From contig JAJZTA010000014.1 in NCBI GenBank assembly GCA_021849295.1, forward strand, positions 13,551 to 77,550: DNA of 64,000 nucleotides, given 5' to 3'. A program made the position numbers and the translations under genes. Shown piece after piece: positions 9,476 through 17,680 of the stretch. The DNA is from Pseudomonadota bacterium (lineage in GTDB: Bacteria > Pseudomonadota > Alphaproteobacteria > Micavibrionales > UBA2020). Positions within the stretch are counted from its first letter, which is position 1, and each line of letters begins with the position of its first letter. The notes beneath the pieces are model-generated. The model worked only from the letters and a program-made list of their open reading frames with translations. It had not been told where the DNA came from and ran no database searches.

Positions 9476-9820
9476 TTATTCGCCTTTTTTAACTTCTTTG
9501 AAGAAGGTTCTGACGGTCGCGTTTCTCTGGCATATCTTTTCGATATCCGCATCCGTCATCATCGCACCGATCGGAATGAAGATAACCTTCGCATCGGCGC
9601 TTTGCATGGTCTCTTCAAGCTCCAGCAAAGTGCTGACAACGGAAACCTTGTCGTCACGCCTGATCGTCGTGCTTTCCCACCCCTGCTCGACTGGAAACAA
9701 CCGGCTGCCATGCGGCAGGAACTTGCATCCCCGCTCCATGGCATTCTGCTGCGCGGCAACAGACGCGGTTTTCTCCAGAAGATCGGCGGGGGGGGAGGTT
9801 TTACGTCCCTCACCCGTCAT
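9476..9820 (-). CDS. Hypothetical protein, third gene of the VWA-AAA operon
   Basis: Strong SD AGGAGG before ATG; starts 16 nt after the ATPase stop. Confidence 0.75.
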   Translation of the reverse strand: MTGEGRKTSPPADLLEKTASVAAQQNAMERGCKFLPHGSRLFPVEQGWESTTIRRDDKVSVVSTLLELEETMQSADAKVIFIPIGAMMTDADIEKICQRNATVRTFFKEVKKGE

Positions 9821-9836
9821 GTGATCCTCCTAAGCC

Positions 9837-12719
9837 TTAGATAGACGGCTTCTTTCTGTCTTTGACGACATACTTTTCGTACAGCATGCCCATTTTGTCA
9901 TCGACAAGCATCTCGGACAGCTTCGTCTTGTCGGCGAGTTGCGCAGCCGTGAGGACGCCCTGCTTGATCAGGACTTCATCCAGCTTTGCTTCCGGCTCGT
10001 TGCTGTTTTTCAGCTCTTCGCGCGCGGCTTTGAGTTCCGCCGGCGTGATGGCTTTCTTCGCAACAAGGAACTCGCCCAGATCGAAGTCGTTCCTGAACCT
10101 GAAGGCATCCGCAAGGTGACGCTTCGTCAGCTCGGGATTGCGCGTTCCGCGCGTCAGGTCGGTCAGAGCCGCGTCGACTTTGGCCTTCGCGTTCGGCGCA
10201 TGGCGGTCGACGTGGATGATACCGGCTTCCTTGAAGGCCGACAGCAGTTTGGTCGGAACCTTCTCGCCGACAACCAGAGCCTTTTTGCGGTTCTTGTTCA
10301 GGACGATGTGGACGGAGACATCACTCTCCTTGCCCGCAGCGTCTTTGAACATCACCCGCAGCGTGGTCGTGGCAAGACCTTGCTCGGAACGGTTTTCCGT
10401 GATCTTGAAGATTTCGTCCGCGCTGGACTTTTTCTCCGGCTCCGTGTCCTGCGGATTCTGTTCTTTCTCAATCTGCTCGGACAAAGTGCGGATATTCGTA
10501 TCCCAGATCGCGTCGAGGTTCTTCGCGCTCACCGTCGGCAGGGCCAGTGCCGCCATGAAGTCTTCATGGCTGACAATGTCGCTGACGGAAAGTTCGACCT
10601 CTTCCGTGCCTTCCGGATAAGCGGCCATATCTTCGATCTTGGCGCGCGCAAGCGGGAAAGCGCCAAGCGACTCATGGTCGCGGTTGACGATGAAGAGATC
10701 CTTGGTTTCCGCGGTGTTGTCGTCGCCGACGGTTTGCAGAGCCCGCTTCAGACGCGCGATCGTGATGATCTTGTCGTCATCGGCTTCGACGATCTGCGGA
10801 TCAACCTGACGGATGTAATCGCAGAACACTTTGCGTGCTGCGGCGGCTCTCTTGCCCACATCGGTGCTGTCGAAGACGCTGACGTTCAGGTCTTCTTCGA
10901 CCGAACGCTGGAAGCTGTGCGCCCCGTCCTGCAGGACGATGTCGCGCAAGCCGGCGTTGTCCATGGAGGCTTTCAGCTTCTCGTAGAGCTTGTGCTTGCC
11001 GATCGCTTCGGACTTCTCGAACACCATGCGGTCCAGCACGTCGACAAGGCGCGTACCGAAAGCCACGGACGGGTTTTCGTACTCCTTCTCTCCCAGCTTG
11101 GGCTGTTCCATGAAGTTTTTGAAATCGGCCTTGGTTTCCGCGTCTTCCGGCAGCATGCGGGGACGGATCGGAAGAGCCGCCTCGAGGTGCTGCTTGATTT
11201 TGCGGAAGTCGATGCCTTCCTTCTTGGAGTATTCTTCGTCCACTTCCTCGATCAGATCGGTGTTTCCGGTCGTCATGAGGTTTTCGGCATTGGTCATTTC
11301 GGACCATTCGCTGTAGAAGCGCGCCAGTTTGCGGGAAGAGTTAACGACGTTCCTCCAGTTCTCGAGCAGCGTTTCCTGCAGCTCGGGCACAGGCACGCCT
11401 TCGAGTTCGGCCTTGGTCTTTCTCAGTTGCATCAGCCACTGGCCGAATTCCTTCGGATTTTCGTCCGCCTGCTCTCTGAAGACGTTGTACAGCGTCGACA
11501 CAGGCACGCCGCACATCATCTGGCAGATACGGTGCTGCCAGTCGGCTTCCGTCGGGTCAGGCAGGGTTTGCGGCGACAGACGCGAGTAGACCGATTTGTT
11601 CAGGCTGCGCGTGGTCAGGCCATCTTCCGTCTTGTTACCCGTCAGGGTGACGAAGAAGCCCGCCTGCATGTCGTCACGGCGGAAGGTAAAGGACGACGGA
11701 CCGTTGGTCAGGTCTTTATTCTTCAGCGGGTTTTCGACCGTGCATTCGTTGGTTTCGCCGTTGAGGAATTGCCATACGGTTTGCAGACCGTTGTCCGACC
11801 CTTCCTTGGACTTGTTGTACTCGTCCAGAACGCCCTCGCGGCCTTCGATGAACCAGCGGATCAGCGGGCCGTATTGCGAGTTCATGCCCAGCATGTTGCC
11901 GCTGGCGTTGTCGAGGCCTTCGATCTGCGCGACATCCTTGAGGATGGAGAACGCGGCTTCAACGTCTTGGGGCTTGGCGTTGCCCTTGAAGTAGTTCCAG
12001 TCAATGGACTTGATGTTCTTGTCGTCGTCAAGCGTGACAGCGCCCGCCGGCAGCTGCTTCAGCTTCGCCAGAGACAGCGCTTCGAGAGAGCCGGCCTGCA
12101 GACGCTTGTCGACGGCCTTGGGCAGAGCGTCGCCCGCGCCGAAGTCGAGAACCATTTCGAACAGAAGCTCGTTCATGTTCTTGCCGCCGCAGTCGAACAC
12201 TTCGACGGGCTTCGTCGAACGCATACGCCCCTGCAGGGCGCCCATGAAGGATTTACCGGCACCCGGATCACCGATCATCATCTGCGTGCGGTTGGTGCTT
12301 TCCGGCTTGCGGCGCTCGAGACCGTCAAAGAACAGCGGCAGCATGCTCGGCACCGGCATGTCGCAATAGGCCATGGCGATGACTTCGCTGTACGGACGCT
12401 CGGAGTAGACCTTCATCGGGTTGCTGTCGTCCGCAATACGGGACAAAACCTGCTCCAGATTCGACTGACCTTTGTAGTCAACGCGCTGTGAACCCCACAT
12501 CGGGTACGGACGCGTCGTCGTGCCCAGCGGCCTGACCAGCTTTTCGGACAGTTCCTGCGCGCGTTCCATGCGGCGCTCCGTCTCTTTTCTGACGGCGGCT
12601 TCCGAGGCCTTCTCGCCCAGAAGTCTGCGGGCTTCCTTATGCTGGAAACCCTCATCAACGATCAAGTCCTTGATTTTTGTTTTAAGGAGCTGTGTGTCTT
12701 GTTCCATTTTTTTCGTCAT
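9837..12719 (-). CDS. Large MoxR/CbbQ/CobS-like AAA+ ATPase with C-terminal MshEN-like motifs
   Basis: Walker A GDPGAGKS, Walker B GVLDEYNK, sensor-1 LTGN, Arg finger YSRL; ATGA overlap with the upstream VWA gene. Confidence 0.8.
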   Translation of the reverse strand: MTKKMEQDTQLLKTKIKDLIVDEGFQHKEARRLLGEKASEAAVRKETERRMERAQELSEKLVRPLGTTTRPYPMWGSQRVDYKGQSNLEQVLSRIADDSNPMKVYSERPYSEVIAMAYCDMPVPSMLPLFFDGLERRKPESTNRTQMMIGDPGAGKSFMGALQGRMRSTKPVEVFDCGGKNMNELLFEMVLDFGAGDALPKAVDKRLQAGSLEALSLAKLKQLPAGAVTLDDDKNIKSIDWNYFKGNAKPQDVEAAFSILKDVAQIEGLDNASGNMLGMNSQYGPLIRWFIEGREGVLDEYNKSKEGSDNGLQTVWQFLNGETNECTVENPLKNKDLTNGPSSFTFRRDDMQAGFFVTLTGNKTEDGLTTRSLNKSVYSRLSPQTLPDPTEADWQHRICQMMCGVPVSTLYNVFREQADENPKEFGQWLMQLRKTKAELEGVPVPELQETLLENWRNVVNSSRKLARFYSEWSEMTNAENLMTTGNTDLIEEVDEEYSKKEGIDFRKIKQHLEAALPIRPRMLPEDAETKADFKNFMEQPKLGEKEYENPSVAFGTRLVDVLDRMVFEKSEAIGKHKLYEKLKASMDNAGLRDIVLQDGAHSFQRSVEEDLNVSVFDSTDVGKRAAAARKVFCDYIRQVDPQIVEADDDKIITIARLKRALQTVGDDNTAETKDLFIVNRDHESLGAFPLARAKIEDMAAYPEGTEEVELSVSDIVSHEDFMAALALPTVSAKNLDAIWDTNIRTLSEQIEKEQNPQDTEPEKKSSADEIFKITENRSEQGLATTTLRVMFKDAAGKESDVSVHIVLNKNRKKALVVGEKVPTKLLSAFKEAGIIHVDRHAPNAKAKVDAALTDLTRGTRNPELTKRHLADAFRFRNDFDLGEFLVAKKAITPAELKAAREELKNSNEPEAKLDEVLIKQGVLTAAQLADKTKLSEMLVDDKMGMLYEKYVVKDRKKPSI

Positions 12720-15715
12720 TTCTTTGGATCCATCTTGTTAAGGGCTTTTTTCATGTCTCGCCGTTTCTTGCTGCTCGGGATGGCTTTGAAGCTGCCACAT
12801 TTCCGAACCTTCTCGAGTAGTAGTCCCACAATCGCCATCGGCACCTCGTTGGGGTCTTTCCCCAGGACAACGCCGACCTGCTGGTGCGGTTTCTTTGCCC
12901 CGAGTCCTTTGGCCATTTTCTCCATGGAAGTGCCTTTCTGCGCCGTGATGATCGCGACGTCGAACGTCACCTTGTCCGAGTATCTGAACATGGTGGCGAT
13001 TTTGTCTTTGGACGGCAGTTCGTCAACCGCGTCCCCGTCGGAAATCACCAACACGTGCGTGAAACCGGAGAGGTTTCCACTTTTGCCCCTGTGTTCGCTG
13101 ATCGTCTCCGCGACCTTTGGAACGGCAGGTGCAAATTCCGTCCCGGAATTGAGGCCTTTGCGCATGGTTTCCATGGCCTGGCCGACCTTGACGCGGTCGT
13201 CTCCGGGTTTAATCAAAATAGGCGGTTTGTCGTTACCCCACATGCCGACATAGACATTCATGTGCATGTCCTTGCCCGCGGCCGCCTCATAAAGGATGGC
13301 GGCGGCCTGCAGCGCGCTTTGCAGCGGGGTGACGCCCTTCAGCGCGCCGGACGCCATGTCCATACTGCCGGAACCGTCGATCATGATGACGATATCGACT
13401 TCGGCAGGCGTGAGCTTGTTCTCGTCCCTGTGGAAGCGCTTCAGATCGTCTTCTTCGACGGATCCCATGGCCTTCTTGATCGTGAGATCCTTGTGCGCCT
13501 CGACATTGAAGCGGTCTTTCACTTCGCCGTCCTGCGGCAGGATTTCCAGCGACTTCGACTTGGTGATCGTCGTCTGCATCTGCATTTCCTGAATCTTCTT
13601 GAAGATCAGACGGACGCGGTTGATGTGGCTGGCCAGTTCCTTGATGCGCTCCGGATAGTTTGTCCAGTCCTGCTTGGCAAGATCGGCCAGGCTCTTGCCC
13701 TCGCCTTTTCCGGCGCCCTTGCTCGGCTTGCCGTTCTTGGTGCGCTTGTTGCTCTTCTTTTTCTTGCCTTTACCCTGACCTTGACCGTCGGCGTCTTCAC
13801 CGTCGGCGTCGTCGCCGTCGGCGTCTTCGCCGTCTTCGCCGTCTTCACCGTCCTGATCATCCTTGGCGCGGTCTTCGAGCTCGTCCATGTCCATGGCGTC
13901 GCCGTCGCCGTCGTCATTGGCGTCTTCAAGGTCATCAAGGCCTTCGCCATCCTTGCCTTCGCCGTCTGTATCCTGACCGTTGGCATCCGGATCGACTTCG
14001 TCTTCCGGATTTTCCGTCGGATTTTCAACGTTGGGCATATCGCCGGCGCCTTCGACGGGAACGGAGTCATCCTTTTCGGTGCCCAGCTTGCCTTCGGGGC
14101 TGTCGCCCTTCTGGTCGCTCTTTTCTCCGTCGGCGTCCTCGCTCTCGTCGCCTTCGCCGTCCTTATCCAGATCGTCCGGATCCTGCGGCTCGCCTTGCTG
14201 TTTGCCGTGTTCTTTGCTCTTTTTGCCTTTACCCTTGCCTTTGCCCTTGCCTTTACCCTGGCCCTGACCTTGACCTTGCCCCTGTCCGTCCTGTTCCTCC
14301 CCGTCTTGTTCCTCGCCGTCCTGCTCGTCGCCTTCTTCGCCGTCCTGACCTTGCTGCTGTTGCTTGTCTTTCGCATCCTTCAGCTGCTGGTCGACCTGAT
14401 CGTTGACCTGCTCCAGAATATTCTTGATCAGGTCTTCGGCATAAAGATCCCAGATAGTGTCGATGACTTCCTTGCGGCGCTCGTCCATGCTCTTAATACG
14501 GCCCATCATGTTGCTCCAGCCATACAGACGCTCGTGCGCCTTGGGCTGCAGGTTTTCGAGGCCGTCGGGGCCGCCGCAGAGTTCGCGCAGATGTTTGAAG
14601 TCCGCATGATCCACGCCGTCCGTATCTTCCTTCGCATTGGCCGGGCGACCAGCCAGCGTCGCGGTCTTGCGCACCATGTTCGGATCGACGCCGACGCGCT
14701 TCCAGCCCTTGTCCGTATCCTCGAACAAGCCGTTGTTCTGGAAGAAGCCCAGTTGCACCGCATTGCAAAGGTTCATGTAGCGGCGCAGCTCCTCCGAAGC
14801 ATTTTTGTCCGGCGGCAGACGGGTCAGACCCGTCGCGCGCTGCGTAACGGCGGTGTTGTTGATCGACACACTATAGTCTTGCAGTTCCTGCAGGCCGATG
14901 TTGGAAACAAACCTGTTGGCGACGTTCTCCTCCGCCGCATCGAACATCATGCTGCGCAGCTGCCATTCGGCGCTCAAAAGGCGCAGCTTCTTGTATTCGT
15001 CCGGCTTGAGCTCGGGGCCTTTTTTCGCCGCGGCCTTGCGCGACTTTTGCAGCAGCGGCTGCATCTGGTTGTATACTTTCTGCATCCGGCGCGGATAGCT
15101 CACCGTCAGCAGGGCGCGGCCGATTTCACGGTAGACGTCGGCACGGGCATGCTCGAAGCCTACGATCATCGTCTGCATCAGGTCAATATCAATGATGTTC
15201 TTCTGGCGGCGAAAGGCAAACCCGCTGCCCGGCTCGCCCCAGGCATATTTGGTATTCTTGTCGCGCAAGGCTTCGCGGACGTGCTGTGCGTGGAGCAGCA
15301 GTTCCTGATAAGCCGTCCTTGTGCCTGTAATCTGTTTCCAGAGACCGGTGCCGCCCAGCTCCCCCGTTTCCACGGCGGGATCCCATGTCTTTAGGGTATC
15401 GGGGTTCAGCTTAAGGAAAGCCATCCCCGCCCCCCAGAGCAACTGGGTTTCCGGCGTATTGAAGCGCGGCGGCTCTTGCGTCTTGCCCGTCTGGATGGCG
15501 TCTATGACGTTTTTGATTTCATCCTTGAACTCGGGATCTTTTGTCGGAATGCTATCGGCAAATTCCTTTAAATCGTCAAGCGTAAACGGCGTCGGATCTT
15601 CGGGCGCCTGCGCTGCGCGTATCTTGCTGTTCAGGAGAAACCTGTGACGCGTCAGCGGTTCACGCAGAATACTGTCAATATTTCTTCTATCTTCCATTCC
15701 AGCCATACGCGTCAT
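12716..15715 (-). CDS. VWA (MIDAS) protein with acidic low-complexity linker and degenerate N-terminal metallopeptidase-like domain
   Basis: IVIMIDGSGSM (DxSxS), SGTEF, VLVISDG; long D/E/G/Q-rich tract; REIGR ... FDAAEENVAN. Confidence 0.85.
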   Translation of the reverse strand: MTRMAGMEDRRNIDSILREPLTRHRFLLNSKIRAAQAPEDPTPFTLDDLKEFADSIPTKDPEFKDEIKNVIDAIQTGKTQEPPRFNTPETQLLWGAGMAFLKLNPDTLKTWDPAVETGELGGTGLWKQITGTRTAYQELLLHAQHVREALRDKNTKYAWGEPGSGFAFRRQKNIIDIDLMQTMIVGFEHARADVYREIGRALLTVSYPRRMQKVYNQMQPLLQKSRKAAAKKGPELKPDEYKKLRLLSAEWQLRSMMFDAAEENVANRFVSNIGLQELQDYSVSINNTAVTQRATGLTRLPPDKNASEELRRYMNLCNAVQLGFFQNNGLFEDTDKGWKRVGVDPNMVRKTATLAGRPANAKEDTDGVDHADFKHLRELCGGPDGLENLQPKAHERLYGWSNMMGRIKSMDERRKEVIDTIWDLYAEDLIKNILEQVNDQVDQQLKDAKDKQQQQGQDGEEGDEQDGEEQDGEEQDGQGQGQGQGQGKGKGKGKGKGKKSKEHGKQQGEPQDPDDLDKDGEGDESEDADGEKSDQKGDSPEGKLGTEKDDSVPVEGAGDMPNVENPTENPEDEVDPDANGQDTDGEGKDGEGLDDLEDANDDGDGDAMDMDELEDRAKDDQDGEDGEDGEDADGDDADGEDADGQGQGKGKKKKSNKRTKNGKPSKGAGKGEGKSLADLAKQDWTNYPERIKELASHINRVRLIFKKIQEMQMQTTITKSKSLEILPQDGEVKDRFNVEAHKDLTIKKAMGSVEEDDLKRFHRDENKLTPAEVDIVIMIDGSGSMDMASGALKGVTPLQSALQAAAILYEAAAGKDMHMNVYVGMWGNDKPPILIKPGDDRVKVGQAMETMRKGLNSGTEFAPAVPKVAETISEHRGKSGNLSGFTHVLVISDGDAVDELPSKDKIATMFRYSDKVTFDVAIITAQKGTSMEKMAKGLGAKKPHQQVGVVLGKDPNEVPMAIVGLLLEKVRKCGSFKAIPSSKKRRDMKKALNKMDPKK
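13690..14375 (-). repeat. Coding low-complexity repeats (EQDGE, GQ/GK runs, DGEDAD) in the VWA protein linker
   Basis: Direct translation, e.g. GQGQGQGQGKGKGKGKGKGKK and DGEDGEDGEDADGDDADGEDADG. Confidence 0.9.
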
Positions 15716-15950
15716 CTCGTTTTGAAGGTTAAAGCGTAGTCAATAAAAACAGTGATTTCGAAAACGGGGCCTTACGGCCGGAAAATACGTCGGGAATCGA
15801 AGCTGTTTTTATTCGACAAACATCCTATCATTTTGACGCAATAGGTAAATGGTGAATAATTAATATAAGATAAATATTTTTTTTATATGCTTATTATCCA
15901 TGTCATGGATATTTTTATAGTTTAATTTCAAGCTTATTTTTTTTATGTAA

Positions 15951-16922
15951 TTATAATCCAATTATCATAAAGAGAGAAATCATCACGGATATGTATAATA
16001 AAAAGATATATTGGACACGCGTTGCGCTCAATAAATCCTCCGGCATCAGGCGTGCCGTGCCGTCTTTCGGGCCAAGCCAGGGATTTTTTTCGACATAATT
16101 TTCATTGTATCGTACCGCCCCGCCGAGCGCGACGCCAAGGCCGTTCGCCATGGCCGCCATCAACCAATCGCGGTAAACAAAACCAGCCGCGCGGCTCTGC
16201 TGCAGGATCGATACGAACTCGTTCCATGGATTGACCCGCCGCACGAAGAGGCCGCTTGCCGCGATAAGGACAACGCTCAGCGCCGCCGGAACGATATTCA
16301 TCAATATGTCCGCGCCGCGCACGAACTGGCCGAAGTATTTCCGGCGTTTGTCGGGCAAGCCGAACGCGTGCTGCAAAGCCGAATACGTCACGTAGAGGGC
16401 CATGCCGATGGGCCCCGCCGCCAGAAACCAGAATACCGGCCCCAGCAGAAACCTGTTGAATGAAAACGCGATGAATTCGATCGTTCTGCGGATGACAGTG
16501 TGACCGTCAGCATTTTCCAGTGGCTCGTGCAGATAAGGCTGCAGCGAGGCCTTGGCCGTTGGCAAATCCCCTATGTTCTTCAGCACCTCGCGCGCGACCT
16601 TTATCGGCGTCATGAAATTGACGCAGCAGGCCAAAAACAAAAGCTGGGCAACAAAGCCGTATACGCTGCGTCCCAGATAATGCACGGCCAGCCCGATGAT
16701 GACGGCGGCAAGGCCCATCACCACTCCGACCATCGCGCCGCGCACGATGCGCACCGATTGCGGGCGCCCCGGCCGGTTCAGCCGGCGGTCAAGGTCGATC
16801 CCCGCGTCTTCCACCCAGCGGTAAAAAAGCGGCTTGTAACCTGCTTTATACGGTAATGAATATCCGACGCCAAACTGCAGGATAAGAAAAATAAAAACGA
16901 GCAGAGACGTCAGTTGCGCCAT
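15951..16922 (-). CDS. CobD/CbiB-AmpE family membrane protein
   Basis: LDRRLNR, RGAMV, IRRTIE, GPVFWF, FGQF ... DILMNIVPA, AAMANGLGVALGG. Confidence 0.75.
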   Translation of the reverse strand: MAQLTSLLVFIFLILQFGVGYSLPYKAGYKPLFYRWVEDAGIDLDRRLNRPGRPQSVRIVRGAMVGVVMGLAAVIIGLAVHYLGRSVYGFVAQLLFLACCVNFMTPIKVAREVLKNIGDLPTAKASLQPYLHEPLENADGHTVIRRTIEFIAFSFNRFLLGPVFWFLAAGPIGMALYVTYSALQHAFGLPDKRRKYFGQFVRGADILMNIVPAALSVVLIAASGLFVRRVNPWNEFVSILQQSRAAGFVYRDWLMAAMANGLGVALGGAVRYNENYVEKNPWLGPKDGTARLMPEDLLSATRVQYIFLLYISVMISLFMIIGL

Positions 16923-16924
16923 AT

Positions 16925-17368
16925 CTATTCACGCATGTCGCGTTGCGTGCGCTCCCTGCGTTCGTGACGCTCCTGCGCTTCGAGGCTGAGCGTGGCGATC
17001 GGCCGCGCCTCCAGACGCGCGACGGAAATCGGCTCGCCGGTTTCTTCGCAATAGCCATAGGTGCCCTCGTCGATTTTCTCGAGCGCGGCGTTGATCTTGG
17101 AGATCAGTTTGCGCTCGCGGTCGCGCGTGCGCAGTTCGAGCGCGTGGTCGGTCTCGGCCGAGGCGCGGTCGGCGATGTCGGGTTTTTGCAGGTTGTCCTC
17201 CTGCATTTCCTTGATCGTCTCGTTGGATTCCTCCAGCAGTTCCGAACGCCAGCGCAGCAGTTTTTGCCGGAAGTATTCCAGCATCACGGGGTTCATGAAT
17301 TTCTCTTTTTCCTTCGGATGGTAATCCGGCGGGAGAATGGTGGATGATGATTCCGGCAGAGAGCTCAT
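16925..17368 (-). CDS. dksA: RNA polymerase-binding transcription factor DksA (single-Cys alphaproteobacterial type)
   Basis: FMNPVMLEYFRQKL, DIADRAS, ELRTRDRERKLISKI, YGYCEETGEPI. Confidence 0.97.
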   Translation of the reverse strand: MSSLPESSSTILPPDYHPKEKEKFMNPVMLEYFRQKLLRWRSELLEESNETIKEMQEDNLQKPDIADRASAETDHALELRTRDRERKLISKINAALEKIDEGTYGYCEETGEPISVARLEARPIATLSLEAQERHERRERTQRDMRE

Positions 17369-17401
17369 GGCGAATTTCCTGTCTTATATAACGATTCAGA
17401 A

Positions 17402-17430
17402 ACTATAATGCCGCCTGCGCCATTGCACAA
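17402..17430 (-). promoter_or_regulatory. Putative sigma70 promoter of dksA
   Basis: Minus strand TTGTGC, 17 bp, TATAGT. Confidence 0.55.
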
Positions 17431-17490
17431 GCCGCCATAAATGCTTATGCCATAATGTTAGATGAATAATATAGGAACGGTCGAAAAACC

Positions 17491-17581
17491 TGCCCGCATT
17501 TGTCCGCAAACGCCCGCATTTGGCCGTATACGTCTATAAACCACCTGCATTTGTCCGCATTTGTCCGCATTTGACCGTAAA
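17491..17581. repeat. Degenerate tandem decamer array, consensus TGTCCGCATT, 9 units
   Basis: tgcccgcatt/tgtccgcaaa/cgcccgcatt/tggccgtata/cgtctataaa/c/cacctgcatt/tgtccgcatt/tgtccgcatt/tgaccgtaaa. Confidence 0.85.
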
Positions 17582-17623
17582 TTTTCGTGGGTCGAAACTG
17601 GCACGGATTTATCCCATAATGCA

Positions 17624-17656
17624 TGCAGCCCCGCCTCTTTACGGGGCGGGGCTGCA
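17624..17656 (-). terminator. GC-rich hairpin after the M48 peptidase gene
   Basis: TGCAGCCCCGCCTC ... GGGGCGGGGCTGCA inverted repeat 24 nt past the stop; weak U tract. Confidence 0.65.
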
Positions 17657-17680
17657 CTATTGCGCTTAGATAAAGTCCAG

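Noticed and set aside
9837-16922. Reading the VWA, AAA and CobD-like genes as a cobalamin (cobST/cobD) cluster
   Set aside because: The proteins are much larger than CobT/CobS, I recognised no CobS/CobT-specific motifs, there are no other cob genes, and the CobD-like gene is coupled to dksA and separated by an AT-rich gap
16925-17368. DksA lacking the four-Cys zinc finger
   Set aside because: Known, normal feature of alphaproteobacterial DksA
17445-17657. 70-aa ORF with GQMR...ADKC repeats, and a CRISPR reading of the same repeats
   Set aside because: The ORF begins inside a hairpin and simply translates a 10-bp-period repeat; there are no spacers and no cas genes
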